Made by a program: the position numbers and the translations under genes
In this document: one piece after another, positions 1 to 10,960 of the stretch
Position numbering within the stretch: the stretch's first letter is position 1
How the letters are laid out: each line of letters starts with the position of its first letter
Assembly: GCF_004010195.1 (NCBI RefSeq)
Contig: NC_057754.1
Location: 13,082,927 to 13,110,632 of the forward strand
Reading direction: 5' to 3'
Source: Chiloscyllium plagiosum
Lineage: Eukaryota
Length of the DNA: 27,706 nucleotides
The notes under the pieces: generated by a model
What the model saw: the letters and a program-made list of their open reading frames with translations, nothing else
Told to the model about the DNA's origin: nothing
Databases searched by the model: none

Positions 1-890
1 GTGTAATGTGCTGGAAGACTGGAGGGTGGAATCGTGGACAGTGAAGGAGGTTTGCTACGATGACAAAGGGACCTTGATAACATGGGTGAATGGGCTGAAA
101 AACTGTCGATGGAATTCAATCTGAATAAATGCGAGGTAATGCATTTGGGAAAACAAACAAGGGTAGAGCTTATACAATTAATGTTAGGGCCTCGGTTAGT
201 GATTTAGAGTAGAGGGACCTCCGGGTTCAGTACATAATTCTTGAGGTTGGCATCACTGGATGGATCAGGCAGTGCTTGGCATGCCTGATTATTGCTCAGT
301 CTGTTGAGTGTAAGATTTGGGACGTCATGTTGAGATTGCACGGATATTGGTGAGGCCTCTTCTGCAATACCCTGTCCAGTTCTGGTCGCCCAGTTATAGG
401 GAGGATATTATTAAGCTGCAGGGGATTCAGAAGAGATCTACCAGGATGTTGCTGGGTAAGGAAGGCTTGAGTTCTGGACAAAAGCCTATCCAGCCAGAAT
501 ATTTTTTCACTGGAGCCTGGAGGATGATAGATAATTTGATGGAAGTTTATGAAAAAGATAAGGGATGTAGATAGAGTTAATGGCAGTTGCCTTTTCCCCA
601 GGATGTGCGAGTCTCAAGTGGAGGGGCCACATTTTTAAGGTGAGAGGAGGGATATGATTAAAAAAACGACATGGGGGCAAATTGTTACACAGAGGGTGGT
701 TTGAGTGTGAAAAGAACTTCCTGAGGAAGGGGTGGATGTGGGTACAATTACAATGTTTAAAAGACATTTGGTTAAGAACGGGAATAGGGAAGGGTTAGAG
801 GGATATGGGCCAGCAACAGGCAGCTGGGATGAGTTTAGCTTAAAATCATGTTTGGTACCAACTGAAGGGTCAGTTTCCATGCTGTTCAAC
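1..890 (+). mobile_element. Decayed CR1 LINE, RT C-terminal part and 3' UTR
   Basis: ORF 317..574 reads LVRPLLQYPVQFWSPSYREDIIKLQGIQKR, matching the CR1 ORF2 motif VRPHLEYCVQFWSP. Also FKRHL near the end; many stops and frameshifts. Confidence 0.9.
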
Positions 891-894
891 AATT

Positions 895-2105
895 ACAAGA
901 ATATTTTTTGTTCCATTATTTAAGAAAGGCTGCGATGGAAAGCCATGAAAGTAAACATCAATTAGCCAGATGTCAGTGGTGAAAGGATTCTGCCAGACAG
1001 GAGTTATATGCATCTGGAAAGGCAAGGATTGATGAAAGATAGTCAGCACAGCTTTGTGCATACAAAGTCAGGTCTCACTAACTTGATTGCTTTCGTTGAA
1101 GTTGTGACCATACATTGTCTACACCAACGTCAGCAGGGCCTTTGAAAGGGTTTAGCATGATATACTAGTTCAAAAGGTTACATCACATGGATCAGGGAGA
1201 GCTCACCAACTGGATACAAAATTGGCTTTGACAGTAGGAGACAGAGGGTGGTGGGAGAGGATTGTTGTTCAGACTGGAGGTCTGTGACCAGTGGTGTGCT
1301 GTAAGGATCGGGGGTGGGTCCACTGATGTGCATCATCTACATAAACGATTTGGTTGAGAACATAGGAGTCATTGTTTGTAATTTTATGGATGATCAAATT
1401 AATGGTGTAGTGGGTAGTGAATGCGGTTATCAAAGGGGATCTCGACCAAATGAGGAAGTGGACCAAGGAGTGAAAGATGGAGTTGAATTCAGGTGTTGGA
1501 TTTTGTTAAGACAAACCAGGGAGGACTAACATAGTTAATGGCAGAGCTCTGGGCAGTGTTGTCGAACACAGGGAGACCAAGGGGTACAGTTACATTGTTC
1601 CTTGGAAGTGGCATCACAGGGGGACAAGGTGGTGAAAGCAGTATTTGATACACTTGCCTTCATTGGCCAGTGCTTTGATATATGAGTTGGAGATATTTGT
1701 AACATTGTCCAAAATATTTCCCTTGATCAGAGGAGGCTATGGGGTTAACTTTTCAAGGTTTACAAAATCTTGTGGGCCCTGAGGAAGATGAATAGCCAAG
1801 GGTAGGTGAATCCAAAGCTAGAGGGCATAAACGTGAGGTGAGAGAGCAAGGATTTAAAGAGGGAGCTGAGAGGCAACATTATCCACAGAGAATGGTGCAT
1901 AGATGGAACGAACTGCCACGGCCACATGGAGAAACAACATCAATTACAACATGGAAAAGACGTTTGGGCAGGTACATGGAAAGGAGAAGGTTTGAACGGC
2001 TATGGGCCAAACACAGGCAAATGGGACTTGATCAGTTTGGGAAACCTGGTCATCATGGACTGGTTGGATCGAAGGAACCGTTTTCGTGCTGCATGCCTCT
2101 GTCTC
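895..2105 (+). mobile_element. Decayed CR1 LINE, RT domain to 3' UTR
   Basis: VPLFKKG at ~911, GPLMCIIYINDL..FMDD (ORF 1314..1529), QRMVHRWNELP (ORF 1838..2155), CR1-type 3' UTR at ~2060-2100. Confidence 0.88.
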
Positions 2106-2330
2106 CAGTTATTGGAGGAGGAGACTACCGAGATAAGGCATGTTGGAGACACTGAAGCAAGTTACAGTGATAGGGATGGTAGGCTGGTATACAGTAAATT
2201 TCAAATATGTGGAGGGGCCAAAGGGAAGGCAGGAGTTTACAGGGACTGGAACTGATGTGGGAGTTACATATTTTTGAAGACACCAGTCAATGAGACATGA
2301 CATAGATACAGTTTTGGAAAGGGAGCGCAG
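2106..2330. repeat. Degenerate purine-rich minisatellite remnant (TTACAGAGATAGG family)
   Basis: Variants GTTACAGTGATAGGG, CTACCGAGATAAGG and TTTACAGGGACTGG resemble the 31-bp repeat at 27577-27706 and the array at 13390-14150. Confidence 0.45.
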
Positions 2331-2528
2331 AACAAAAGGATCCCAGGCAGCAGTCCCACCCTCTCGTGGGAGGCCTTTGTTATACTGATGCTCACTAAGA
2401 CAGCACAGGCCTGGATTGATAACTTTAAATTCCCGATGCTGTCTTAGTACAAAGTAAGTTAAAGTAGGGGTGGTGATTGAGCCTGGGGTGTGTCTGTACT
2501 GGGCTAACCCTCCAACACTGCCTCAGTG

Positions 2529-2665
2529 TCATGTCTTGTTAGCCAATGTTTGGAGCCGTATCATTGCTCTCTGCTCTGTGCACTGTGACCAACCATCTTC
2601 AATGTGGTGATGGACTAGACACCCAGCAGCTGGGAAGTCTATTGGGTCAGGAACTTCCTGAGTAC
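2529..2665 (-). other. Putative (probably decayed) exon, copy A module 1
   Basis: Minus strand TCTAATTTCCCGTTCTGTCTATTTCTCTCTCTCTCCTGTAG|GTACT: CTAAT branch point, long pyrimidine tract, AG at 2667-2666. Homologous to 14368-14479. No clear donor, so the lower boundary is taken from the phase-1 stop codon. Confidence 0.4.
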
Positions 2666-2748
2666 CTACAGGAGAGAGAGAGAAATAGACAGAACGGGAA
2701 ATTAGACAGATGCAGTGAGGGTTACACAGGGAGAATGATACTGTGTCC

Positions 2749-2842
2749 CACAAAGATCTGGAACATCCCAGTCTCCATCCCTGGTCTGTGCTGCTGTGAC
2801 CCTCTGGAGTTGATAATTCTGTTGGCTCAGGATCTGGAGTAG
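2749..2842 (-). other. Putative (probably decayed) exon, copy A module 2
   Basis: Minus strand TCTAATTGCTGCCTCTGTCAGCGTCTCTAACTCCTGCAG|CTACT acceptor (AG 2844-2843). Phase-1 reading ATPDPEPTELSTPEGHSSTDQGWRLG. The position matching the copy-B GT donor is GG here. Confidence 0.3.
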
Positions 2843-2949
2843 CTGCAGGAGTTAGAGACGCTGACAGAGGCAGCAATTAGACCCACACAGTGAGGGACAC
2901 CACATCGAGAGATACTGAGTGATATCACCAGAGTTCAGGATGATTTCAG

Positions 2950-4250
2950 GATCAGACAAATTTGTAGGAAGAAAGGGTTTAGCTTCATGATGCACTTCAT
3001 GATGTATCAGTGCTCATGGATGAGCAACCACTGAGCAGGTGAAGTGCTGGCTTATTGCTAGAGCATGTATGCCAAACCTCAGCTAATGTTCAGGGGAGGC
3101 AGGTTTAAATCCCACCATCAGAAATGGAGGATTTCGAAATCAATAATTTTTTTTAAAAATGGTAATTAACAATCCATAAATACGTATAAAACCATTGCTG
3201 ATGTACAAAAAAAGCCCAAATATTTGTCCTTTCGTGAAGGACATCTGTCCACCCTCACGTGGTCTGAGGGTGGTCTGCACGACATACCCACAGCAAAGTG
3301 ATTGCCTCTCAATTACCCTCTGAAATGGCCGAGCAAGTTACTCAGCTCAAGGGCAGCTAGGGCTGGGCAAGAAAGGCTGGTCAGCCAGAGACACCCACAT
3401 CCCATACCTGATTTACAAAAGTAATCCATTCGGATGGTCCCACTGGAACCGTGCTGGGACCAGTGTCCTGACCAATCATGTCGGTAGGTTTATGGACAGG
3501 GATTTAAACTGACAGAGAGGATGCAGGGACAGTGTTCAGGTGAAAGGAGATTTCCAAATCCAAAGAGAAAAGGTGTCGCATCAGAACAGCATGGGAATGT
3601 GACTGATGTCAAGCAGAAAGAAACAGGAAGGGATCTAGTTTAACGAAAAATGTACATCAGTGAATAGAGGTGTGACAGGAAATTGTGGGAAGAAGTAAAT
3701 TATGTGCTTTTTTGGAATGGACAATGTCTTACCAACAAGGTAGCTGGATTTGTGACACAGAGATAAAAGAGATTTAGACACCACAGAGACATGGTTACAG
3801 GGCGAACAAAAGGTGGAACATAAATATTCAATGCTTCACAATCTTGTGCAAATTCAGGCAAAATGGGCAACGCTAACAATAATGGATAACAAAGCAGTTG
3901 GCCTCAGATCATGAAGTAGAGTCAGACTGAATGTAAATTGTGACTACTACTTGACAAGGATACAAGCAGCAGAACAGTTTTAGGCCACCGAACAGCATTT
4001 CATTGCTCATCACTGAATTACACAGTAATGCATTAGCATTTTTAATAAAGGCATTGTGATAATTTTGGGAAACTTCAATATTCATATAGACTGGGACAAT
4101 CGCACTGACAAGAGTGATATTGGAAGAGGAGTTCGGAGATTTTTTTTTCCCCAGTGTTTCTTTGAATAACACATTGTGCAACTGGCTAGGGATGTAACTG
4201 GCTCAGTTCGACTGTTGTGTGATGAAACTCAGGACAAAATGGATCATATT
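2950..4250 (+). mobile_element. Highly decayed CR1: ORF1 esterase C-terminus plus ORF2 endonuclease, interrupted by a SINE
   Basis: 3430-3515 aligns with the esterase end of the younger CR1 at 5885-5970 (GATGGTCCCACTGGAACC vs GACGGTCTCCACCTGAACC). ACAGAGACATGGTTACAG (TETWLQ) at ~3783 and GGAAACTTCAAT (GDFN-like) at ~4068. Confidence 0.75.
3035..3420 (+). mobile_element. tRNA-derived shark SINE with LINE-like tail
   Basis: B-box-like GGTTTAAATCC at ~3102. Body CCCACAGCAAAGTGATTG..CCCTCTG and tail GGGCAAGAAAGGCTGG..CACCCACATCCCAT match the reverse complement of 4865-5085 and 16075-16300. Absent from the paralogous site near 14800. Confidence 0.75.
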
Positions 4251-4282
4251 AAATTATGAGGCTGAGAAGATCACCAAATACT

Positions 4283-4607
4283 GTGGTGAAGAAGGCATAT
4301 GACGTACTGGCTTTTATTGGTAGAGGAATTGATTTCCGGAGTACTGAGGTCATGTTGCAGTTGTATAAGACTCTGATAGGACAGATGTTAGGGGTAGGTT
4401 CTTTACTCAGCGAGTCGTGAGTTCATGGAATGCCCTGCCAGTAGCAGTGGTGGACTCTCCCTCATTATGGGCATTTAAGTGGGCATTGGATAGGCATATG
4501 GAGGATAGTGGGCTAGTATAGGTTAGGTGGGCTTGGATCGGCGCAACACCGAGGGCCGAAGGGCCTGTACTGAACTGTATTCTTCTATGTTCTATGTTCT
4601 ATGTTCT
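4283..4607 (+). mobile_element. Young 5'-truncated CR1 3' fragment with (TTCTATG)n tail and an internal deletion
   Basis: Reads VVKKAYDVLAFIGRGI..MLQLYKTL, then jumps at ~4376 to RTDVRGRFFTQRVV. 3' UTR GGGCCGAAGGGCCTGTACTG followed by (TTCTATG)3 at 4583-4603. Confidence 0.92.
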
Positions 4608-4864
4608 AAGTACTTAAACTTCTGAAGTGAGTGAGTGTTTTAAGAGTAAGTTTTAAAGGGATTGCAAAGGGTCTGCTCGCAGGAGGAGAGCAGTCGGAAG
4701 GGGACTCATTGTCAGGGTTTAATGACACGATAGGAACAGGGAGAGGTGAAGGTGCTGGAGGTGGTGAGTGTGTTACAGAGTGTGGTCATGGCCTGAATGG
4801 TGTTTCACAGCCAGTATGGATTACCGCAGTTGGAGGGGTTTGCAGAAGTAGAGAGGGACATATG

Positions 4865-5085
4865 TATTTTTATTTATTTATTCATGGGATGACGATGTCT
4901 CTGATTGGAACAGCATTCTTTGCCCCTCTACTAATTACCCAGAGGGTAGCTCAGAGACAGCCATATTGCTGTGGGTTTGGGCTCACGTGTAGGCCAGACC
5001 AGGTTAGAATGTCAGATGTCCTTCCCTAAAGTAGGTAAGTGAACCTGATGAGTTCTTCCTACTGATCAACAATGCTTTTATGGTG
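4865..5085 (-). mobile_element. SINE 3' half (same family as 3035-3420)
   Basis: TTTATTTATTCATGGGATG tail and ATTGCTGTGGGTTTGG..AGGCCAGACCAGGT..CCTTCCCTAAAG body in reverse orientation. Also present in copy B at 16075-16300. Confidence 0.75.
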
Positions 5086-5369
5086 GCCTCACCAATATCT
5101 TGTACAAATACAACATGACCTCCCAACTCCTACTCTCAATACTCTGACCAATGAAGGTAACCATTCCAAAACCTGCTTCACCAGCCTGTCTACCTGTCAC
5201 ACCACTTTTATATAACTGTGTACCTGCATCCCTGGGTCACTGATTTACAACACTACCCAGGGACTGAACATTAACTGTACAAGTCCCACCCTGGTTTATT
5301 TTATCAAAGTGGAACAATTTTCATTTATCTAATTAAACTCCATCTGCTATTCTTCAGCAAAACTGTTAA
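5086..5369 (-). mobile_element. Old antisense CR1 RT fragment, left part; continues at 8806-8910 after a nested insertion
   Basis: Reverse complement gives ..GVGRSCCICTR/LVRP-type RT sequence. Colinear with the uninterrupted paralog at 16301-16680. Confidence 0.8.
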
Positions 5370-5406
5370 GGGCTCTGGATAGGATGAGCCAGCTGACCAC
5401 GGCACC

Positions 5407-5972
5407 ATGGGGCAGAAGACCTTTCAAGAGGGGGGAGCAAAAAGACAAGTCGTTGTTATAGGGGATTCTATAATTAGGGGGACAGATAGTATCGTATGCA
5501 AGCTGGATCTGGAGTCTCGCATAGTGTGTTGCCTCTCCGGTGCCAGGGTGCGGGGCATCTCCGACTGGCTTGAGATGTTGGAGCGGGAGGGGGAGGATCC
5601 AGTTGTTGTGGTCCACGTTGGGACTAACAACATCGGCAAAGCTCGGGTGGAGGACCTGTTTGGGGATTATCAAGCATTAGGAAGGAAATTGAAGTACAGG
5701 TCCTCAAAGGTCATAATCTCCGGATTACTGCCCGAGCCACGTGCCAATTGGCATAGTGATAAGAAAATTAGGGAAGTAAACACGTGGTTATTGGATTTGT
5801 GTGGGAAAGAGGGATTCAATTTCATGGGGCATTGGCATCAGTTTTGGAACTGGGGGTGGGGGTGGAGAGGGTGGATCTGTACCGTTGGGACGGTCTCCAC
5901 CTGAACCGATCTGGTACCAATGTTCTAGCGAAGAGGATAAATAGGGTGGTCAGAAGGACTTTAAACTTCTGA
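5407..5972 (+). pseudogene. CR1 ORF1 SGNH/GDSL esterase domain, frameshifted
   Basis: VIGDSIIRG (block I), CLSGAR (block II), VHVGTNN (block III), and DGLHLN (block V) in a shifted frame. Frameshift at the G-rich tract ~5851-5873. Confidence 0.92.
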
Positions 5973-5989
5973 GTTGTGGGGAAGGGAAA

Positions 5990-8715
5990 GTGAAACCGAT
6001 AGGGAGTATGGAGTTAAATGGAAAAATAAGCAGGAGGATAGCATGTATGCAGGTGGATTTAACCTTGAGGCAGATGAGGAATGCAACAAAAAGGAAGGAT
6101 AACTTAGGACATCTTATGACTTCCAATTACTCTAATGATAAGAATGATAGCATTAAGGCACTTTACCTGAATGCTCGTGGCATTCGAAACAAAGTAGACG
6201 AACTTACTGCACAGATCATTGTGAATGATTATGATGTGGTAGGCATCACAGAGACATGGTTGCAGGGAGTTCAGGACTGGCAGTAAAACATCCAAGGATT
6301 TCCAACTTATCGAAAAGACAGTGAAGTGGGTAAAGGGGGCGGGGTGGCCTTGTTAGTTAAGAACAAAATTAAATCTATGGCACTGAATGACATAGGGTCG
6401 GATGATGTGGAGCCTGTGTCGGTGGCATTGAGGAACCACAAAGGCAAGAAAAAACCCATAGTGGGAGTTATGCACAGACCTCCTAATAGTGGTGAGGACC
6501 AGAGGCGCAACATGAACCAGGAAATAGAAAAGGCATGTCAGAAAGGCAAAGTCACGGTGATCATGGGGGACTTCAATATGCAGGTGGACTGGGTAAGTAA
6601 TGTTGCCTGTGGATCCAAATAAAGGGAATTCTTGGAATGCTTACAGGGTGGCTTTTTTGAACAGCTTGTCATGGATCCCACAAGGGAGCAGGCTATTTTG
6701 TACCTAGTGCTATGTAATGAACCAGACTTTATAAAAGATCTTAAAATAAGGGAACACTTAGGAAGCAGCGATCATAATATGGTAGAGTTCAGTCTGCAGT
6801 TTCAGAGAGAGAAGGCAAAATCGGATATAATGGTGCTACAGTCAAACAAAGGTAATTATGAGGGCATGAGAGAGGAACTGACGAAAATCGACTTGAAGCA
6901 GAAGCTTGCAGGAAAGACTGTAGAGCAAAAATGGCAGGAGTTTGTGGGTATAATTGAGGACACAGTACAGAGGTTCATCCCCAAAAAAAGAAAGATTATC
7001 CGGGAAGGGATTAGACAGCCGTGTCTGACAAAGGAAGTCAGGAAATATATCAAAGAAAAAGAGAGATCCTTTAAAGTGGCCAAGAGCACTGGGAAATCAG
7101 AAGATTGGGAAGGCTACGAAAACAAACAAAGGATAACAAAGAGAGAAATAAGGAAGGAGAGGATCAAATATGAACTTTGGGTAGCCAATAATATTAGAAA
7201 TGATAGTAAAAGTTTCTTTCAATACATGAGAAACAAACGACAGGCACTTCAAACTAATACTGGATGGCTAGTGATGGGAGATAAGGAAATAGCTGGAGAA
7301 ATTAATAAGTACTTTGCGTCAGTCTTCACAGTGGAAGACAAGAGTAATATCCCAACAAGTAAAGGGAGTCAGGGGGCTGAGTTGAGTCTGGTTGCCATTA
7401 CAAAAGAGATAGTGCGAGAAAAGCTAAAAGGTCTTAAAATTGACAAATCTCCTGGCCTCGATGGGCTACATCCTAGAGTTCTGAGGGAGGTGGCTGAGGA
7501 AATAGCGGAGGCGTTGGTTGAGATCTTTCAAAAGTCAATGGAGTCAGGGAAAGTCCTGGATGATTGGAAGACTGCTGTTGTAACCCCATTGTTCAAAAAA
7601 GAATCAAGACAAAAGATGGAAAATTATAGGCCAATTAGCCTAACCTCGGTTGTTGGTAAAATTCTAGAACCCATCGTTAAGGATGAAGTTTCTAAATTCT
7701 TGGAAGAGCAGGGTCGGATTAGAACAAGTCAACATGGATTTAGTAAGGGGAGGTCGTGCTTGACAAACCTGTTAGAATTCTTTGAAGAGGTGACAAGTAG
7801 GTTAGAACAGGGAAACCCAGTGGATGTGGTCTATCTAGACTTCCAAAAGGCCTTTGATAAGGTGCCACACGGGAGGATGCTGAGTAAGGCCCATGGTTTT
7901 CGAGGTGAGCTACTGGCATGGATTGAGGGTTGGCTGTCTGATGAAGGCAGAGAGTTGGGATAAGAGGTTGTTTTTCGGAATGGCAGCCGGTGACAAGTGG
8001 TGTCCCACAGGGTTCAGTGTTGGGGCCGCAGCTGTTCACGTTATATATTAATGGTCTGGATGAAGGGACTGGGGACATTCTAGCGAAGTTTGCCGATGAT
8101 ACCAAGATAGGTGGACAGGCAGGTAGTACTGAGGAAGTGGGGAGGCTGCAGAAGTATCTAGACAGTTTGGGAGAGTGGTCCAGGAAATGGCTGATGAATT
8201 TCAATATAAGCAAATTCGAGGTCTTGCACTTTGGAAGAAAGAATACAAGCATGGACTACTTTCTAAACGGTGAGAAAATTCATAAAGCCAAAGTACAAAG
8301 GGATCTGGGAGTGCTAGTCGAGGATTCTGTAAGGTTAAACATGCAGGTTGATTCCGTGATTAAGAAAGTGAATGCAATGTTGTCAATTGAGGATCCTGGG
8401 ATTGTACTCATTGGAGTTTAGAAGGTTAAGGGGAGATCTAATAGAAACTTACAAGGTAATACATGGCTTAGAAAGGGTGGACGCTAAGAAATTGTTTCCG
8501 TTCGGTGGGGAGACTAGGATCCGTGGCACAGCCTTAAAATTAGAGGGGGTCAATTCAGAACAGAAATGCGGAGACATTTCTTCAGCCAGAGAGTGGTGGG
8601 CCTGTGGAGTGCAGTGGAGGCCGGGACGCTAAATGTCTTCAAACCAGAGATTGATAAATTCTTGATGTCACAAGGAATTAAGGGCTACGGGGAGAATGCG
8701 GATAAGTGGAGTTGA
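5990..8715 (+). pseudogene. CR1 ORF2 apurinic endonuclease-reverse transcriptase, disrupted
   Basis: EN motifs YLNARGIRNK, GITETWL, MGDFN, GSSDH. RT motifs NYRPISLTSVVGK, QHGF, YLDFQKAFDKV, GVPQGSVLGP, KFADD. Stops at 6284-6286 and 6620-6622, frameshift ~7950, internal deletion ~8385. Confidence 0.95.
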
Positions 8716-8805
8716 AATGCCCATCAGCCATGATTAAATGGCGGAGTGGACTCGATGGGCCGAATGGCCTTACTTCCGCTCCTATGTCTTATGGTCTTTT
8801 GGTCT

Positions 8806-8910
8806 AATCCTGTTGTATCACAGATAACCTTCTTCACTGCCTACTATATCACCAATGTTAGTGTCACCCACAAACTTACTTACCAGGAAACCAATATGCT
8901 CATCCAAACC
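8806..8910 (-). mobile_element. Old antisense CR1 RT fragment, right part
   Basis: Reverse complement GTAAGTAAGTTTGTGGGTGACACTAACATTGGTG (VSKFVGDTNIG, a decayed KFADDTKIG). Aligns with 16584-16680. Confidence 0.8.
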
Positions 8911-9644
8911 AAGGCGAGGGTGTTGTTTGCAGTGAGGGGGATGGTCTCAGGCTACAGTCTGATGTCAATCAGATAATAATCTGAGCAGAGTTTAGTTCTG
9001 ATCAATGTGAGGAAATAGCTTGTGGGAAGTATGATTAGCGAAGGACAGACATAATGAAACGTAGGTCCTTGCAGAATACTGAGGAACCCAAGTCCCGAGA
9101 TCCCTGAAAGTGTCAGCACAGGTGGACCGTGCGGGGATGGCACCTGAACTGGGAGCAGGAGGGGGACCCATATCCTGGTGGGGCGAATTTGTAGAGCTGC
9201 CTGAGAGGATATAAACTAGTCTGGAAGGGTGTTGGATCGTAAACAGTCATAAGGCCAGAAAGATTGGGGCTGGTACACAAGTTAAAGAGAGCTATTTCAA
9301 CAGGCAAGACAGGCAAGAACATAGCAGGGAATGGGGAAAACTGGTTATTAAACTACATTCATTTCAATGCAAGGGGCCTGACAGCAAAGGAAGATGAACG
9401 CAGAGCATGGATTGGAACATGGGACTGGGATATTATAGTTTTTACAGAAACACAGCTGAGGGAGGGACAGGGCTGGCAGCTCATTGTTTCAAGGCAGAGC
9501 TGCTACAGAAAACATTGAAGGGGAGGCCAGAGTGGACGTGTGGTGTTGTGTTTTGATTGCATGAATCATCCCAGCAATACTTGGAGTGGATATTCCTGTG
9601 GGATCACCCAGTGAAGCTATGTTAGTGGAACTGAGAAATAAGAA
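8911..9644 (+). mobile_element. Decayed CR1 mosaic: short RT piece, then ORF1 end and endonuclease start
   Basis: ORF 9264..9518 reads YIHFNARGLTAKEDERRAWIGTWDWDIIVFTETQLREGQGWQL. The RT piece CAGTGAGGGGGATGGTCTCAGGCTACAGTCTGA is shared with ~21228-21260. Confidence 0.85.
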
Positions 9645-10144
9645 NNNNNNNNNNNNNNNNNNNNNNNNNNNNNNNNNNNNNNNNNNNNNNNNNNNNNNNN
9701 NNNNNNNNNNNNNNNNNNNNNNNNNNNNNNNNNNNNNNNNNNNNNNNNNNNNNNNNNNNNNNNNNNNNNNNNNNNNNNNNNNNNNNNNNNNNNNNNNNNN
9801 NNNNNNNNNNNNNNNNNNNNNNNNNNNNNNNNNNNNNNNNNNNNNNNNNNNNNNNNNNNNNNNNNNNNNNNNNNNNNNNNNNNNNNNNNNNNNNNNNNNN
9901 NNNNNNNNNNNNNNNNNNNNNNNNNNNNNNNNNNNNNNNNNNNNNNNNNNNNNNNNNNNNNNNNNNNNNNNNNNNNNNNNNNNNNNNNNNNNNNNNNNNN
10001 NNNNNNNNNNNNNNNNNNNNNNNNNNNNNNNNNNNNNNNNNNNNNNNNNNNNNNNNNNNNNNNNNNNNNNNNNNNNNNNNNNNNNNNNNNNNNNNNNNNN
10101 NNNNNNNNNNNNNNNNNNNNNNNNNNNNNNNNNNNNNNNNNNNN
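9645..10144. other. Assembly gap (500 N)
   Basis: Run of exactly 500 N, probably a placeholder size. Confidence 0.99.
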
Positions 10145-10180
10145 AAGGCAGCAGTTGTAACCATTGAGCCACCGTGCCGA
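10145..10180 (-). mobile_element. 5' head of an HE1/V-SINE-type SINE running into the gap
   Basis: Reverse complement CGGCACGGTGGCTCAATGGTTACAACTGCTGCCTT contains a tRNA A-box (TGGCTCAATGG) and matches the head of the SINE ending at 24255. Confidence 0.7.
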
Positions 10181-10185
10181 ACCCA

Positions 10186-10960
10186 TATAACCCTATAGAG
10201 GTCTAACGATCCTTGCATCCTCAACCTTAAGTAAGCTGCCTTCTTCCTCTTGACTGGGCGTTCAGCATCCTCCAGGCACAAGTTACCTCCACTATCCCTC
10301 CACTATCCCAGTATCTTGGCAACTGCTTTGCTGAAGTCCATATAGACAATGTTGACTGTTCTGCATTCATCCATCGCTTGGTCACTTCCTCAAAGAATCA
10401 ATCCAGTTTGTGAAACATGGTTTTCCACTCACAAAGCCATGCTGACCATCTGCAATCTGTCTATGCCTTTCCAAATATACGTAGCTCCTTTCTCTCACAA
10501 TCTCCCCCAACAACGTACCCGTCACGAGGCTGTAATTTCCTGGCTTTTCCCTGAAGCCGTCAAGTGATGGAACAGCGTCAGACACGCTCCAATCTTCCGG
10601 CACCTTACTGTGTCTGTTGATAATATAAATATCTCTGTTAGGGACACTGCAATCTCTTCCCTAGCTTCTCACAATATTCTACGATAAACGTAATGAGCTA
10701 CTGAAGAAAGATCTACCTTTATTTGTTTTAAAATTCCAACATTTTCTCTTCTCTGTTGAGGATTCTTTCCAAGACATCAGTACTTATTTCCCCAAGTTAC
10801 CGAGCTTCCATTTCTTTCTACATAGTAAATTCTGACAACACTATTTTGTTTAATACCTCACCCATCTACTCTGGTTCCACACATTGGCGACCTTATTGAT
10901 AGTTAAGGAGCCGTATTCTCTACGAAGTTACTCATTAGCCCTTATTAAAACTTGCATAAA
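10186..10960 (-). mobile_element. Decayed antisense CR1 ORF2 fragments
   Basis: ORF 10382..10603 reads PEDWSVSDAVP..REKPGNYSLV..DGQHGFVSGKPCFTN. Confidence 0.85.

Larger units (their letters stand above)
5370..8805 (+). mobile_element. Largely complete, 5'-truncated CR1 LINE (ORF1 esterase, ORF2 EN-RT, 3' UTR), inactive
   Basis: Colinear SGNH esterase, APE endonuclease and RT motifs. 3' UTR GGGCCGAATGGCCTTACTTCCGCTCC and tail ATGTCTTATGGTCTTTTGGTCT. TAA occurs at both junctions (5367-5369, 8805-8807). Confidence 0.95.

Noticed and set aside
895..1700. Similarity to 23050-23200 and, inverted, to 16300-16900 as further duplications
   Set aside because: Explained by membership of the same CR1 subfamily; no shared junctions with unrelated sequence were seen.
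2589..2618. Plus-frame PTIFNVVMD resembling the LINE RT motif SP.LFN..MD
   Set aside because: Followed immediately by a stop, with no upstream QG or downstream YADD, and not preserved as an RT motif in copy B.
2886..2892. CACAGTG heptamer (also 14697-14703, and CACTGTG at 2581-2587) as V(D)J recombination signals
   Set aside because: No ACAAAAACC-like nonamer at 12- or 23-bp spacing, and no Ig/TCR V, D or J coding motifs nearby.
6632..7963. 443-aa ORF as a functional gene, retron or domesticated RT
   Set aside because: It is the middle of CR1 ORF2, bounded by a premature stop and a frameshift and carrying small deletions; an ordinary dead LINE.
9489..10281. Long ORFs spanning 9.5-10.3 kb
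   Set aside because: Artefacts of translating the 500-N gap.
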